A stretch of DNA of 52,676 nucleotides from a virus. Lineage: Duplodnaviria; Caudoviricetes. The stretch lies in the IMG/VR virus record IMGVR_UViG_3300007346_005272, positions 1-52,676 of that record. The stretch is one strand, 5' to 3'. Position 1 is the stretch's first letter, and each line of letters opens with the position of its first letter. A model generated the notes under the pieces. The model was not told where the DNA came from. It saw only the letters and a list, made by a program, of their open reading frames with translations, and did no database searches. A program made the position numbers and the translations under genes. Positions 18,398-27,928 of this stretch are shown here, piece by piece.

Positions 18398-19039
18398 TTA
18401 AGCAACCCTCACACGGCGATACTTTCTAAGAGTAAACAATTCCCTATCAGAAAAACCAGTCTCCAAAGGCGCAACATTCCTCGTCGTCAAATCCTTCAAA
18501 CCAACCACATCATCATGCATATTCTGCATCTCACGAGTAGCTGCACGCAACATCAAAATCTTAAACGCCTTAATGTTCGGACCATCCAACCCCGCCGTAT
18601 ACGTCACCTCAATACGATCATTCGCAAACGCATTAAACAAATCAATACCATAATCCCGAGTCACATAATCACGCTCCGCAACCTGAGCCGTCGCCGTAGC
18701 AGACGCAGAAGCAGGCGTAATCGAAACAGAAGACACCGAAACAACCGGACTATTATCCAAATACAACGTATACATAGGCGTATAAATAATGCCAGGAGAA
18801 GTCAACGTGGAAGCAGGATCAGTAGTGTAATTGTAATAGTACTGCTGGTTTACAACGCCCCTGCCCACATCGGGCACACGATACGTTTCCGTAAACTCTG
18901 TCTGTTCAACAGGGCGACGCAAATACGCCTCTAACTCAGACTGCAAGCCTTCAATAATAAATGCTGCGGCGTCTTCCTGAGTGTTCGTGAGCGTAATGTC
19001 CATATAGGTAGTAATATCAGAGACTGTAATAAGAGCCAT
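18398..19039 (-). CDS. Head-tail adaptor
   Basis: MALITVSDITTYM, IEVTYTAG and L..YRR.RV motifs of gp6/gp15-like connectors. Confidence 0.8.
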   Translation of the reverse strand: MALITVSDITTYMDITLTNTQEDAAAFIIEGLQSELEAYLRRPVEQTEFTETYRVPDVGRGVVNQQYYYNYTTDPASTLTSPGIIYTPMYTLYLDNSPVVSVSSVSITPASASATATAQVAERDYVTRDYGIDLFNAFANDRIEVTYTAGLDGPNIKAFKILMLRAATREMQNMHDDVVGLKDLTTRNVAPLETGFSDRELFTLRKYRRVRVA

Positions 19040-19054
19040 TGTTACCTACTCCCT

Positions 19055-19420
19055 CTAGAACGGCTCGCCAGACGGCGGTGAAGGATTTCTACGACCACGC
19101 CCAGGAGGACGTGAGGCTTTCTGACCTTCTTTGAGCTTCTGAAGAAAGGCGGCAACATTGCTTCTAGCCGCTCTAAGCTGAGCTAGTGTAGCGCCAGTCA
19201 AGTTAGCGCCCTTCACATTGTATTTCTCCCGAAAAGCTTTACGGGCATTTTTCATCTTGATGGCGTTATCAAAAATTCTCTGCTGAGTGTCTGTAAGCTT
19301 CCCATTGTCCTTTCGCTTTTGTCTCAGACCTTTAAGAATGCTATTAAGTTGCCGGTCGCTTTTACCTTCCAACATGTCGTCAGGTTTAACTTTACCGACA
19401 CCTTCAAGAACTACAGCCAT
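19055..19420 (-). CDS. Hypothetical basic protein
   Basis: 121 aa, Lys/Arg-rich, fits the gene packing. Confidence 0.6.
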   Translation of the reverse strand: MAVVLEGVGKVKPDDMLEGKSDRQLNSILKGLRQKRKDNGKLTDTQQRIFDNAIKMKNARKAFREKYNVKGANLTGATLAQLRAARSNVAAFLQKLKEGQKASRPPGRGRRNPSPPSGEPF

Positions 19421-19482
19421 AACAGCCCCAATCAGAAAACAATACTGATACTATGATACCGTATCCGACAACAGCATTAATC

Positions 19483-19953
19483 CTAATCTGCCATTTGCTT
19501 CAAAAAGCTACCGTCCAACAGCATCAAACCAATCGTGGAATAGCCAACAATGTCCAGATAGGTGTCCTCCACCGCCTCATTCTCTGGCAGACGGCCAGAA
19601 TCTAGCAGATTTTCCAAACGTGCAACCTTGTCATGGAGACGCACAATCAGACCACGGTGCCCGAACCTGAGAATGTTTTCAGAACCATAATCTCGCTGCT
19701 TATTACAGAGCGTTTGCCACACAAAATCCTTGTCTAGCGAAATATCGGCATGCTTGGTCATTGCCGCTAGCTGAAACCAAACCTCAGGATCAACCAACTC
19801 CTTATTGCCGACAAAATAAGTCTCAATCAGCGAATCAATATACTCCCGAATGTCTTCAACCGTAGTTACCTGAGACGACTCGGCCACCCACACGCTGTCA
19901 ATATGTGTCAACGCATGATCTTCCCACGTCAACAAATCGTCAATTACGGTCAT
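19483..19953 (-). CDS. MazG-like nucleotide-modification-associated protein (DUF1599-like)
   Basis: KQRDYGSENI...GLIVRLHDKVARLENL...EAVEDTYLDIVGYS. Confidence 0.75.
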   Translation of the reverse strand: MTVIDDLLTWEDHALTHIDSVWVAESSQVTTVEDIREYIDSLIETYFVGNKELVDPEVWFQLAAMTKHADISLDKDFVWQTLCNKQRDYGSENILRFGHRGLIVRLHDKVARLENLLDSGRLPENEAVEDTYLDIVGYSTIGLMLLDGSFLKQMAD

Positions 19954-20264
19954 GACTTCGCACCCTTCGACATGCTGAGCTTAATTGAAAACAGAATCCA
20001 GAGAATAGATGAAACTAGAAAAGCGTCCGTGTAGCCGATGCCGGGGCGGAACGCCATCAAGTTAGGCCACGCAGAATTAGCAATGCTGTTCAAAAACATC
20101 AGACCCAAAGCGCCCGTGCCTGCAAGAAAAGCAAAACCGAAAATACTCTGCAAAACCGTGATAAGCACTGCCTGCTTGACTACCTGCTGAACATTCTCCT
20201 CCAACTCTGTCGAAAGCTTACCGGTGAACCGGCCCCAATCTTCAGCGCCTTGCCTATTTACCAT
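19950..20264 (-). CDS. Small membrane protein (about 2 transmembrane segments)
   Basis: Two long hydrophobic stretches; ATGA overlap with the next gene. Confidence 0.65.
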   Translation of the reverse strand: MVNRQGAEDWGRFTGKLSTELEENVQQVVKQAVLITVLQSIFGFAFLAGTGALGLMFLNSIANSAWPNLMAFRPGIGYTDAFLVSSILWILFSIKLSMSKGAKS

Positions 20265-20643
20265 TTTCGTATTCCTTTACTATCTGGTGAACCCGCTGAC
20301 GGGACAACCTATACCGAGCACCGATCTTAGCTAACGTCTCACCGTTATAGTACTCGCTATAAATCTGACTATTTCTTTCTGCAATAAAATCCTTCGACTT
20401 CGGTCCCGGTCTGACAGGACCCCAAGTCCAAGAAGAAAGACTTTCTAACAACTGAATCCGGTTAGTAGCCAATGCGTTCTGCTTATATCTCGTCCGCATA
20501 TAACTAACCCAATTGCCTAAACTGATACATTCCCCCGAGTCTAAAAACTCTACGTGATCTGTAGGCACAATAGCGTCACCATAGCGTTTCTCATATGCGC
20601 ATAGGGCCTCGTAATGCTTATGCCATCGCTGTTCATGCCTCAT
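20254..20643 (-). CDS. Helicase-associated (HA) domain plus sigma70-region-4-like HTH protein
   Basis: W...YEAL..Y....G...VP...LGNWV..MR..Y...L...RIQLLESL..W.W; C-terminal TLAKIGARYRLSRQRVHQIV. Confidence 0.75.
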   Translation of the reverse strand: MRHEQRWHKHYEALCAYEKRYGDAIVPTDHVEFLDSGECISLGNWVSYMRTRYKQNALATNRIQLLESLSSWTWGPVRPGPKSKDFIAERNSQIYSEYYNGETLAKIGARYRLSRQRVHQIVKEYENGK

Positions 20644-20678
20644 AGTGGTATCTTAGTAAAGCCCCACCGCCATGTCAA
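20644..20678 (-). promoter_or_regulatory. Near-consensus sigma70 leaderless promoter
   Basis: TTGACA-17 nt-TAAGAT-6 nt-ATG. Confidence 0.8.
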
Positions 20679-20692
20679 GTAAACCCCATAAA

Positions 20693-21067
20693 CTAACGTG
20701 GCTTATACAAGCTAGCGTTAGCTACCTCACCAGCTAAAGACTTAATAGTCTTGTACGCATCTTGACTGCCAACCCGTTCGGACCAATCCACGATGTCTTC
20801 CCCAACAAACATCTCAATAGCTTCCCAACACCTGATAAAGTTAGCTCTTTTGTTAGCAGGGATATTATCTAAAAGTTCGTCAAAATTATTAGACAGGTTG
20901 CGCTCGGGCATCAAACCAACAAAGACAGCAATCGCTGCAGGCAAAGAAAGCCGCTTCTCATCATCTATCGGAACAGTCTCCGCTAAGCCATGCTTACAAC
21001 AAGCTGCAACCATAAGCAACTCATGCTGCACACCATGAAGCCTTAAATCTCTCAAAGAAAAAGCCAT
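20693..21067 (-). CDS. Hypothetical protein (start reassigned to MAFSLRDL)
   Basis: The longer ORF-track start runs through a terminator; TTGACT-18-TATGAT-6-ATG supports 21067. Confidence 0.6.
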   Translation of the reverse strand: MAFSLRDLRLHGVQHELLMVAACCKHGLAETVPIDDEKRLSLPAAIAVFVGLMPERNLSNNFDELLDNIPANKRANFIRCWEAIEMFVGEDIVDWSERVGSQDAYKTIKSLAGEVANASLYKPR

Positions 21068-21083
21068 ATGCATATCATAACGT

Positions 21084-21119
21084 AAAAAGCGGGGTTCAGT
21101 CAAACTGACCAAACCCCGC
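21084..21119 (-). terminator. Rho-independent terminator
   Basis: GCGGGGTTTGGTCA-GTT-TGACTGAACCCCGC followed by TTTTT. Confidence 0.85.
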
Positions 21120-21207
21120 CCTAGACGTGCGATTGCTTTTACGGCTACCGGCACGTTAGCCGATAATCACAATCTCCTCCTTCGGGGTTAGTCAAATTTG
21201 CCGGTAC
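21085..21207 (-). ncRNA. Candidate structured small RNA containing a 4-codon minigene
   Basis: TAAAGT box at 21214-21219; stem TACCGGCA/TGCCGGTA; competing stem ACGTGC/GCACGT; AGGAGG-5 nt-GTG ATT ATC GGC TAA; ends at a terminator. Confidence 0.4.
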
Positions 21208-21267
21208 ACAAATACTTTAACTTCCCAAATTACGCCAGATTGCAACTTTGCATATTATAATATCCCG

Positions 21268-21393
21268 TTATCTACCGCACCATGTTAGGAGTTTGTCGAT
21301 ATCCATTGCAGGCGTCTTCTCAATGCCGCCCACAACAATATTACAAATGTGGCACAGCAGTCCACGCACCTCGCCAGTATCGTGGTATAGCAT
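21268..21393 (-). pseudogene. Truncated endonuclease VII-family remnant
   Basis: Manual translation MLYHDTGEVRGLLCHICNIVVGGIEKTPAMDIDKLLTWCGR* keeps H.TG.VRGLLC..CN but lacks the N-terminal CxxC and the DH catalytic motif. Confidence 0.7.
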
Positions 21394-21428
21394 CAGAATG
21401 TACTGGTGGCGCTTACTACGCCACTAGG

Positions 21429-23378
21429 TCATCTCACGGGACAACTTCCCGTTGAGCATTCGGCGTCAAACTCATCGTCCGACATGATCGTGGAACCTGA
21501 CAGCTTCTCACCAAGCTGTGACGTAGTGCTGAGCACATGCTCGTACTCTTCCTTAGTCAACTCGCCCATCGGGGCCTGATCGAAACCATGCTCGCTGTGC
21601 AGCAAGAACGAAACGGACTTCATCTCGCTCCAATGCTCCGCAAGGTACTCACGAATACCATCAAGTTCTTCGCTCTTGTAGTAGACAGTCACCGAAATGG
21701 CGTTGTCTGACCACACCTTCTGGAGACGACGAACAAGGTCCATCTGCTCAATCGCAGTCATGTCCTTAGCTTCGATCGTCCCGTCAGGGAACGCACACGG
21801 GAACTCTACAACAACAGTCCGGTCATCTTCTGAGCCATCAAAGTTGCGGAGAGGCTCAACGTAGAAGCCCTTCGACTTGCAGTAGTTGACAAGAACGTCG
21901 GTGGAAGCCATACGCATACGCTTCACAAAGTACTGGCTAAAGCCGGGGTGAACGCCAGGGGTTACACCCGGAAGAAGGCTCAGCGTGCCAGAAGGCTTGA
22001 TCGTGGTAAGACGTACAGACTCAGGCCAGCCACGCTCTTCTGACCACTCGGCATCAAACTCACGCAGAGCGACATAGGTGTCGTCCAGCCAATCAATCTT
22101 TTCCATGGCCTGCGTCACGCCAGTGATACCTAGGCCGAGACGCATGTTTGTTGACGTGATCTTGTCTGAAGCAGGGTCAAGGTAAGACAGCGCCGCTGTC
22201 GCCTTCTGGACCTTGTACAGCAACTGAGACACGTCCTGAAGCTCTTCCGACGAGTCAATCATCGGCAAGAAAATCTCAGACAAGTTACAAGACTCACGGT
22301 TAGCCAACGGGATTTCAGCGCAAGGGTTGACGCCCACAATCGACGGATCGGGACGCTCTTCGCCCATACGCCCAAACTGGCGTGAAGCTTCGAGGTTGAA
22401 GAACCCGTACGGCTCACCATTACCCTTGTAGCCTTCCCAAATAAGCTCCGGCATGTCCTGCATCTGTTCCGGAGAAACGAAAACAGTGTTGTTTGACATG
22501 GCTCGCTCAATCGGAATATCGCCAAGGTCCCAACGCTTCGCCATCAGGTAATCTTCATCGTCTAGACGGCCAACAGCAATTTCAGCGCTGCGGCGAACGT
22601 TACCGGCGACAACGATAGAGCCAATGATGTTCATGCAGTCAAGAACCTCAACTGAAGTCATCGTGCGACCAACCGCACCGTCAAGAACGGCACAAATCTT
22701 CTCAATACCCGAAACGAGAATATCGGGACCTGAAGCAGTGCCGCCGAACGTCTTAATAGGTACACCCGCCTTGCGGATCAGGTGAGTAGCGTACGTCATC
22801 TTACGAGGATTGTCGTCGTCGCCCAAGTAGCACTCAAAGACCTTCCGGACTGCTTCGCCCCAACCCTCACGGGTATCAGGCACTATGAAATCAGAATCGT
22901 CAGCGTCATGATGCTCAACCCAAGCTGAACGAACAACACCCAGACGCTCAGGCTTATCGCAAGAGAAGCCCACACCGCCGCCAAGCATCAGCCGCTCTAC
23001 GGCCCAAGAAAAATCCGTGGGCTTCTGAACATCAACAAACCAGCAGTTGACCAGACTATCGCCACCCAAACGCTTGTTGTTCGGGGTACCCATCTGCCAA
23101 AGCATTCGGCCAGCAACGGAAGCCTTCAAGTTGAACAGATAGTCATAGAGGCGGACAGCCTCATCTTCCGACAACTGCGCCCCAATATCCTGAGCGCCGT
23201 TAACGACACGCTGAATCGTTTCGTGCCATTCCTCAGTACGAACAATTGTGTCGCCCTCAAAAATAGGGCGAGCATAGGTCCGCTTGTAAACAATATAGCC
23301 TAATCCGTTAAATCCCCACGGAGGCATCTTATCAGCATATGAGGCGGCATGGTCGTCGGAAATAAAAAAGGGGTCCAC
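21429..23378 (-). CDS. nrdJ: Class II (adenosylcobalamin-dependent) ribonucleotide reductase, RTPR-like
   Basis: YKRTYAR, LVNCWF, GGGVGF, VVAGNVRRSAEI, NPCAEI, ESCNLSE, TTIKPSGT and C-terminal CSTGSCP. Confidence 0.93.
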   Translation of the reverse strand: MDPFFISDDHAASYADKMPPWGFNGLGYIVYKRTYARPIFEGDTIVRTEEWHETIQRVVNGAQDIGAQLSEDEAVRLYDYLFNLKASVAGRMLWQMGTPNNKRLGGDSLVNCWFVDVQKPTDFSWAVERLMLGGGVGFSCDKPERLGVVRSAWVEHHDADDSDFIVPDTREGWGEAVRKVFECYLGDDDNPRKMTYATHLIRKAGVPIKTFGGTASGPDILVSGIEKICAVLDGAVGRTMTSVEVLDCMNIIGSIVVAGNVRRSAEIAVGRLDDEDYLMAKRWDLGDIPIERAMSNNTVFVSPEQMQDMPELIWEGYKGNGEPYGFFNLEASRQFGRMGEERPDPSIVGVNPCAEIPLANRESCNLSEIFLPMIDSSEELQDVSQLLYKVQKATAALSYLDPASDKITSTNMRLGLGITGVTQAMEKIDWLDDTYVALREFDAEWSEERGWPESVRLTTIKPSGTLSLLPGVTPGVHPGFSQYFVKRMRMASTDVLVNYCKSKGFYVEPLRNFDGSEDDRTVVVEFPCAFPDGTIEAKDMTAIEQMDLVRRLQKVWSDNAISVTVYYKSEELDGIREYLAEHWSEMKSVSFLLHSEHGFDQAPMGELTKEEYEHVLSTTSQLGEKLSGSTIMSDDEFDAECSTGSCPVR

Positions 23379-23505
23379 AGTACGTTCTCCTTGTGGTGTA
23401 GTGATGTTCTGAAAAGAGGTGGTTTTAGTATTCTAGGGGGGTTGACGTATCTTCCGGCGTCAAGTTATCACGAGATTGGAAGAAATCAAACCTATTTGTC
23501 ACAGA

Positions 23506-24240
23506 TTATTCTGTCAGTTCAGCTAGCCGCCTAGCTAAATCTTCTCTGTTGGAGAACAACAAGAAGATGCCCGCCGCTTGAGTATTTATGGAAAGAACTC
23601 CATCTGATTCGTTATCTAAATAGATGTTAAACAAACCAACTTCTGCAAGCTTTAACAAAATTCCAATCAGTAACAAATCATCTAGAGGGATATTCTTACT
23701 AGCCTTCAAGTATTCGACTAGGAACCCTATCTTAGTGGATGTCTGCCCCATAGTCAACAAGGCTTTCAATATCTCTCCAGAAATAGTTTCCCACTCACCA
23801 AACAAAGCCAACGAAGGCCGAACAGCGGCGTATCTAAACATGGAAGAAGACCTTGCCGACAAGCACACAGCCGCATCCAACGCAGCACCATTCGACTCGT
23901 TCACAGCAAGAAATAACACCCCATTGTCCTGCAACTCTAACGCTTCCAGAGACTGACGATCATACAAACAGTCAACCAAACAAAACTCGCTCGCCACACC
24001 AATAACAGCCTCAGTTTCACCCAACGAATACATATCTTCTCTGGAATCTTTATTCGCAACAGCATGCATCAACAACAACAGATCAAACTTTTCGTTGTCA
24101 ACCAGACCATTGCGGGTAACAAGATATTCCACAACATTCGTCAACCCGTACAAAAGAAACGGATCAATCGCCTCCAACAAATCAACATCATGCTGAGTCC
24201 ACACAGGAAACGGAATGTCGTCGTCATCGAATATAGGCAT
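23506..24240 (-). CDS. Hypothetical protein
   Basis: 244 aa ORF preceded by TATAAT-6 nt-ATG. Confidence 0.7.
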   Translation of the reverse strand: MPIFDDDDIPFPVWTQHDVDLLEAIDPFLLYGLTNVVEYLVTRNGLVDNEKFDLLLLMHAVANKDSREDMYSLGETEAVIGVASEFCLVDCLYDRQSLEALELQDNGVLFLAVNESNGAALDAAVCLSARSSSMFRYAAVRPSLALFGEWETISGEILKALLTMGQTSTKIGFLVEYLKASKNIPLDDLLLIGILLKLAEVGLFNIYLDNESDGVLSINTQAAGIFLLFSNREDLARRLAELTE

Positions 24241-24252
24241 GCCCTTATTATA
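24241..24252 (-). promoter_or_regulatory. Leaderless-type extended -10 box (TGTTATAAT)
   Basis: Minus strand reads TTGTTATAATAAGGGCATG. Confidence 0.65.
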
Positions 24253-24287
24253 ACAAAGGACCCCTCAACCAAAGCCGAAAGGTAAAT

Positions 24288-24324
24288 AAGAAAACCCCCG
24301 GCCCAAACGGACCGGGGGTTCTCA
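24288..24324 (-). terminator. Rho-independent terminator after the major capsid gene
   Basis: GAGAACCCCCGGTCC-GTTT-GGGCCGGGGGTTTTC followed by TTATT; a second small hairpin lies at about 24335-24352. Confidence 0.85.
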
Positions 24325-24354
24325 ACTTATCCAACTACCCCGAAGGGACTAGGA

Positions 24355-25644
24355 TCAGCTCGGTTCGGCGTCGAAGGTGACCTTGACGAACGCTTCCGGA
24401 CGCTTGACAGCGAGGGCCAGACGCTCTTCAGCAAGCACCACGATGGCGTTGCGGACGAAGAAGTCTGAGTGCTGCTCCGAAATACGGATCGTAGCCGCCT
24501 CACGGTCGTAAAGCTGAGCGCCAGTGCCGAAAGCGCCGACAAGAGCGGTGCCTGAAGCAATAGCAGGAGTGTCGATGACGGGGATACGCCAAACACGTGA
24601 CTCAGCGCCACCGGCAACTGACATCGCAAGCAGGTAGGTGCCCTGCGAGTTCTTGGTCAGCTCGATGTCTTCCCAATCTGACGGGTGGACGATGATGCCG
24701 GTCGGCTCGTAGTAGGCAAGGTATGCCAGAGTAGCCGCACGACGGAGAGCATCGGCCTTGGTGTCAGCGACAGGTGAAGTTTCACCAGCAGACCATGCGT
24801 AGGTCTGAACGTCGGTGGTGTTGAGGATACCAGTAAGGTCCTCGCCAGTACCGGCACCGTTCAGGATCTGCTCGTCCTCGTGAAGACGGAGACCGTAAAG
24901 AAGCTCGTTGTCGATGATTGAACGCAGCTGCGGCTCATCGGCAAGAACGTTACGGTGGGCAGCTTCCCAGTGAGCGATGGTACGGACCGGAGCCTGCTCA
25001 CCAACGAAGGTCATCGTTGACTGAGGCTTCGCACCAAAGTTACCGCTGGAGTACTCCGGAACAACTGAAGCGTTGTTCGTGAAGCCAGTCTGGCGGAAGT
25101 ACTCAACCACGGCGGCGTTAGTAGTACGTGCCGGGAACAGGTCACGGACACGGCTACGACGCTGAGCAATCGGGACAATGCCGTCACGCTCAACCGCACC
25201 GAAGGAAGCAGGATCACCCGTGGGCAGCCCTGAGTAAAGGTCCTTCTGGGAAAGTGACTTGGCCTGGAAAGGCGAAACCATGTTTACGCCAGCCTTGCCG
25301 CCCTGAAGTGACTTAAACTCGTCAGAAGCAAGGAAAGCCTCACCAACTGACTTGGCGTGGGTAGCGACTTCGCGCTCAACACCAGCAGCTACCTCAGCGG
25401 CAACTGACTTGTACTCGGCCTCTGAGGACCAAGCCGAAACGTCACGAAGTGAAGTAATGCCCTCAATGAGGCCCTTCATCTCGTTAATCTCAGCCATGTT
25501 TGACTGGAAAGCAGCCTTCTTTTCCGCATCAGCGATAACTGTGGTGCCTTCCACCTGCATCGAATCAACGATCTCCTGCTGCTCAGCCATCTTAGCTGAC
25601 AGAGCAGTCTTGACCTCGTTGAGCCGACTCTCATCAAAACTCAT
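24355..25644 (-). CDS. Major capsid protein, HK97 fold with N-terminal delta domain
   Basis: Coiled-coil N-terminus; VRTIAHW, EDEQILNGAGTG..LTGIL, HPSDW, F.RN..VVLAEERLALAVKRPEAF; SD AAGGAG. Confidence 0.95.
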   Translation of the reverse strand: MSFDESRLNEVKTALSAKMAEQQEIVDSMQVEGTTVIADAEKKAAFQSNMAEINEMKGLIEGITSLRDVSAWSSEAEYKSVAAEVAAGVEREVATHAKSVGEAFLASDEFKSLQGGKAGVNMVSPFQAKSLSQKDLYSGLPTGDPASFGAVERDGIVPIAQRRSRVRDLFPARTTNAAVVEYFRQTGFTNNASVVPEYSSGNFGAKPQSTMTFVGEQAPVRTIAHWEAAHRNVLADEPQLRSIIDNELLYGLRLHEDEQILNGAGTGEDLTGILNTTDVQTYAWSAGETSPVADTKADALRRAATLAYLAYYEPTGIIVHPSDWEDIELTKNSQGTYLLAMSVAGGAESRVWRIPVIDTPAIASGTALVGAFGTGAQLYDREAATIRISEQHSDFFVRNAIVVLAEERLALAVKRPEAFVKVTFDAEPS

Positions 25645-25830
25645 GTTTATCTCCTTAAGGTATTTAACATGTTTTACTGTTTAATGACAGGCGACCCAAC
25701 ACAATGTGGTAACACCGGTCAAATATTATGCTATCATCAACGTAAAGTAAACCACGGGAACTTTTCTAAGTTTCTGCAGCTACTGTTACAAGCAATAGTC
25801 TATTGTATAGCAAAAATGAAATCCACTAGC

Positions 25831-27348
25831 TTACGATTTAGTTCTACGTGGATGCTTCTTAGGGAGAAGGTCATTATCGGTTGTATACTTAGGATTCGAC
25901 GGTTTACCGCTAGACACGAGTTTCAAGAATGCGTTGACACGACCCATAGCCCACTGCTGACGACCCATCTTTGGGCGGTGAGTAGCCGAGAAAGCACCGG
26001 CACCTCTACGCCAAACAGCCTTAAGCATACCTAACGTCACCTTGCGTTCAGGCTTGTTACGCTTCTCCATCTTCTCATTATGCTCTTTGACCTTGTTTTT
26101 CAAGGAAGTCTCAACCGCAGCCGAAAGCTTAATCCCGCCACGGGTACTAGCCGCCGTTCCCGGCTTGTTTCGTCTAGACCCCCGGATACGTTCCGAAGGC
26201 TTCGCTGGCGTCTTAGGATCGTTTGGCCCATAACGTCTAGCTGCTTTTTGACGAGTCTTCCAATTCTCAGGAATCAACTCGGTGCGGCCTAAAGCCCTGG
26301 CACGCTTCACGATATGCTTTTTGGTAGCCTCACGATTCTTGCCCAAACCATAAGCCTGGATAGCGTTACGCAAATCCCCGACATCCCGAATCGGGAACGA
26401 ACCGTCAGGTAACGCCCAACCACGCTTCGCATACTCCATCCGGCGAGCACGCGTGTAGTAACGTTTTTCTTCAATTGAGTTAAACGACTTTTCGGTACCT
26501 TCGACACGGGCAACAATATTCTTGGCCCATGTATATCCGGTATCGCCACCCCACAAAGCATGAGCAATTCTACCATTAGAAGGGAAACCTTTTTCACCCG
26601 GTCTAAACCCGTCAGCGTTTGCATCAGACTGATGTCTATCGAAAAACGCCTTCATCCTCTTTACAGTCTTGTACGGAAGATTCTTGCCATTCGCAATGTC
26701 CCTAGCACGAGCGATACCTACAGCAGTACCCCCACGTTTAAACTCTTTACGCCACGCCAATGCTCGCTTCGCTTCTTCTACCATACCCTTCGTGGGGGTA
26801 AACGAATCAGAAGCCGTAACAGATTTAGCCGAAACCAAGCCACCACCCGGCAACGTCTCAATGCCTCGTGGCCCACGCTCACGAAGTTTTTCCCACGCAC
26901 GTAAATCTGTAGCAACACGACGAGTTGGTCTTTGCAACCTCAAAACCGGTGAACCGCCGATACTCAAATGGCCGTGAGCCGCATTGTAATCTTCAGGAGT
27001 CATGCACGGCGCCCAAACCCCTTGCCGGGTCTGATGCGCACCGGCACACCCCATCTTGCTTGCGGCCTGTTCTGCAGCTTCACGAGTCGGGAACTTGTTC
27101 TTCCCTTTACCCTTCGCTTTCAACTCTAAAAAGTCGTAGAAGTTTTTCTTCTTCTGTTGCCGCTTCTTCCACTCACGAAAAGCAGGGTTACCGACCCGGA
27201 TCAGCTTCGTCAGATCCTTAGGTGACTCACACGGACCCCAAGCATCGTCGCCCACTTTGTGTGCTCCCGAACAACCCAAAATCTTCGACAGCTCTTTTGC
27301 CATCTCTTCTGTAGGAACTGTCTGACCTTCCAAAGGATCTTTAGCCAT
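25831..27348 (-). CDS. Basic multi-module head-associated protein
   Basis: Two GCxGAH...PC modules, a GGT.VG..RAR...RM..FF.RH...LWGG module, an ALPDGSFPI...NAIQAYG module and a C-terminal RRG.GAF...HRP...QWAM.RVN module. Start taken as MAKDPLEG (SD AAGGA). Confidence 0.7.
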   Translation of the reverse strand: MAKDPLEGQTVPTEEMAKELSKILGCSGAHKVGDDAWGPCESPKDLTKLIRVGNPAFREWKKRQQKKKNFYDFLELKAKGKGKNKFPTREAAEQAASKMGCAGAHQTRQGVWAPCMTPEDYNAAHGHLSIGGSPVLRLQRPTRRVATDLRAWEKLRERGPRGIETLPGGGLVSAKSVTASDSFTPTKGMVEEAKRALAWRKEFKRGGTAVGIARARDIANGKNLPYKTVKRMKAFFDRHQSDANADGFRPGEKGFPSNGRIAHALWGGDTGYTWAKNIVARVEGTEKSFNSIEEKRYYTRARRMEYAKRGWALPDGSFPIRDVGDLRNAIQAYGLGKNREATKKHIVKRARALGRTELIPENWKTRQKAARRYGPNDPKTPAKPSERIRGSRRNKPGTAASTRGGIKLSAAVETSLKNKVKEHNEKMEKRNKPERKVTLGMLKAVWRRGAGAFSATHRPKMGRQQWAMGRVNAFLKLVSSGKPSNPKYTTDNDLLPKKHPRRTKS

Positions 27349-27352
27349 GTTA

Positions 27353-27928
27353 CTATCCTTGCTCTTCGCTAGGAACAACCCCGCCACTTAATTTGATAAA
27401 ATCTTGAACATACTTAGGGTCTTTCTCTTTCTCGACCTTGTTAAGTATCGCATAACTATATTCTAGTATCTCTCGCTGCGTTGCATCGTCAATATCCGCT
27501 TCTGCACCGGGCATGTTGATATTAATACCCCACCCGAAAAATACAGCCTCCATAAAGGCATCAACATCGGCAGGAATAAGCAAGCCAGTGTTAGATGAAA
27601 AGAAAAAGATGTAATCTGCCAACTCGCCGTCAGACATGGCCTCAATGCGCTGCTTTGTTAACATCGCCTTAGCGTTGAACTCATCAATAGCTGTGTACGC
27701 CTCAGAGTATTCTGACCTGTCAATCTCGGACAGCTCAGGAAAGAAGAACCTGAGGCGCTGCTCGGTGAACATGGGAGTATCAATCTCACGAAGCTTCTCT
27801 ATCTCAGCAAACACACGATCAACCTTGGCTTGACTGTGCATAGTTGAATGCGCCTCAGCAGACCGAGGATCCTGCACCCGAATAATGACGAAAGCATCAT
27901 CTGTCGTCTTGTAGTACGTCTCGTTCAT
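27353..27928 (-). CDS. Hypothetical acidic protein
   Basis: 191 aa; ATGA-coupled to the upstream gene. Confidence 0.65.
   Translation of the reverse strand: MNETYYKTTDDAFVIIRVQDPRSAEAHSTMHSQAKVDRVFAEIEKLREIDTPMFTEQRLRFFFPELSEIDRSEYSEAYTAIDEFNAKAMLTKQRIEAMSDGELADYIFFFSSNTGLLIPADVDAFMEAVFFGWGININMPGAEADIDDATQREILEYSYAILNKVEKEKDPKYVQDFIKLSGGVVPSEEQG

Noticed and set aside
21120-21200. Twister or hammerhead ribozyme in the candidate sRNA
   Set aside because: There is a loose resemblance (TAA...GCCGGT...TAAAAG), but I could not place the twister pseudoknot partners or a CUGANGA/GAAA core.
21429-23378. Intein or intron in nrdJ (also considered for terL)
   Set aside because: Both have normal length and continuous motifs, with no splice-junction signature.
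23441-23466. TTGACG...CGTCAA inverted repeat upstream of nrdJ as NrdR box, -35 element or B12 riboswitch
   Set aside because: It does not match the NrdR consensus, the spacing to TAGAAT is 22 nt, and the gap is too short for a cobalamin riboswitch. It may be an operator, but there is no support.
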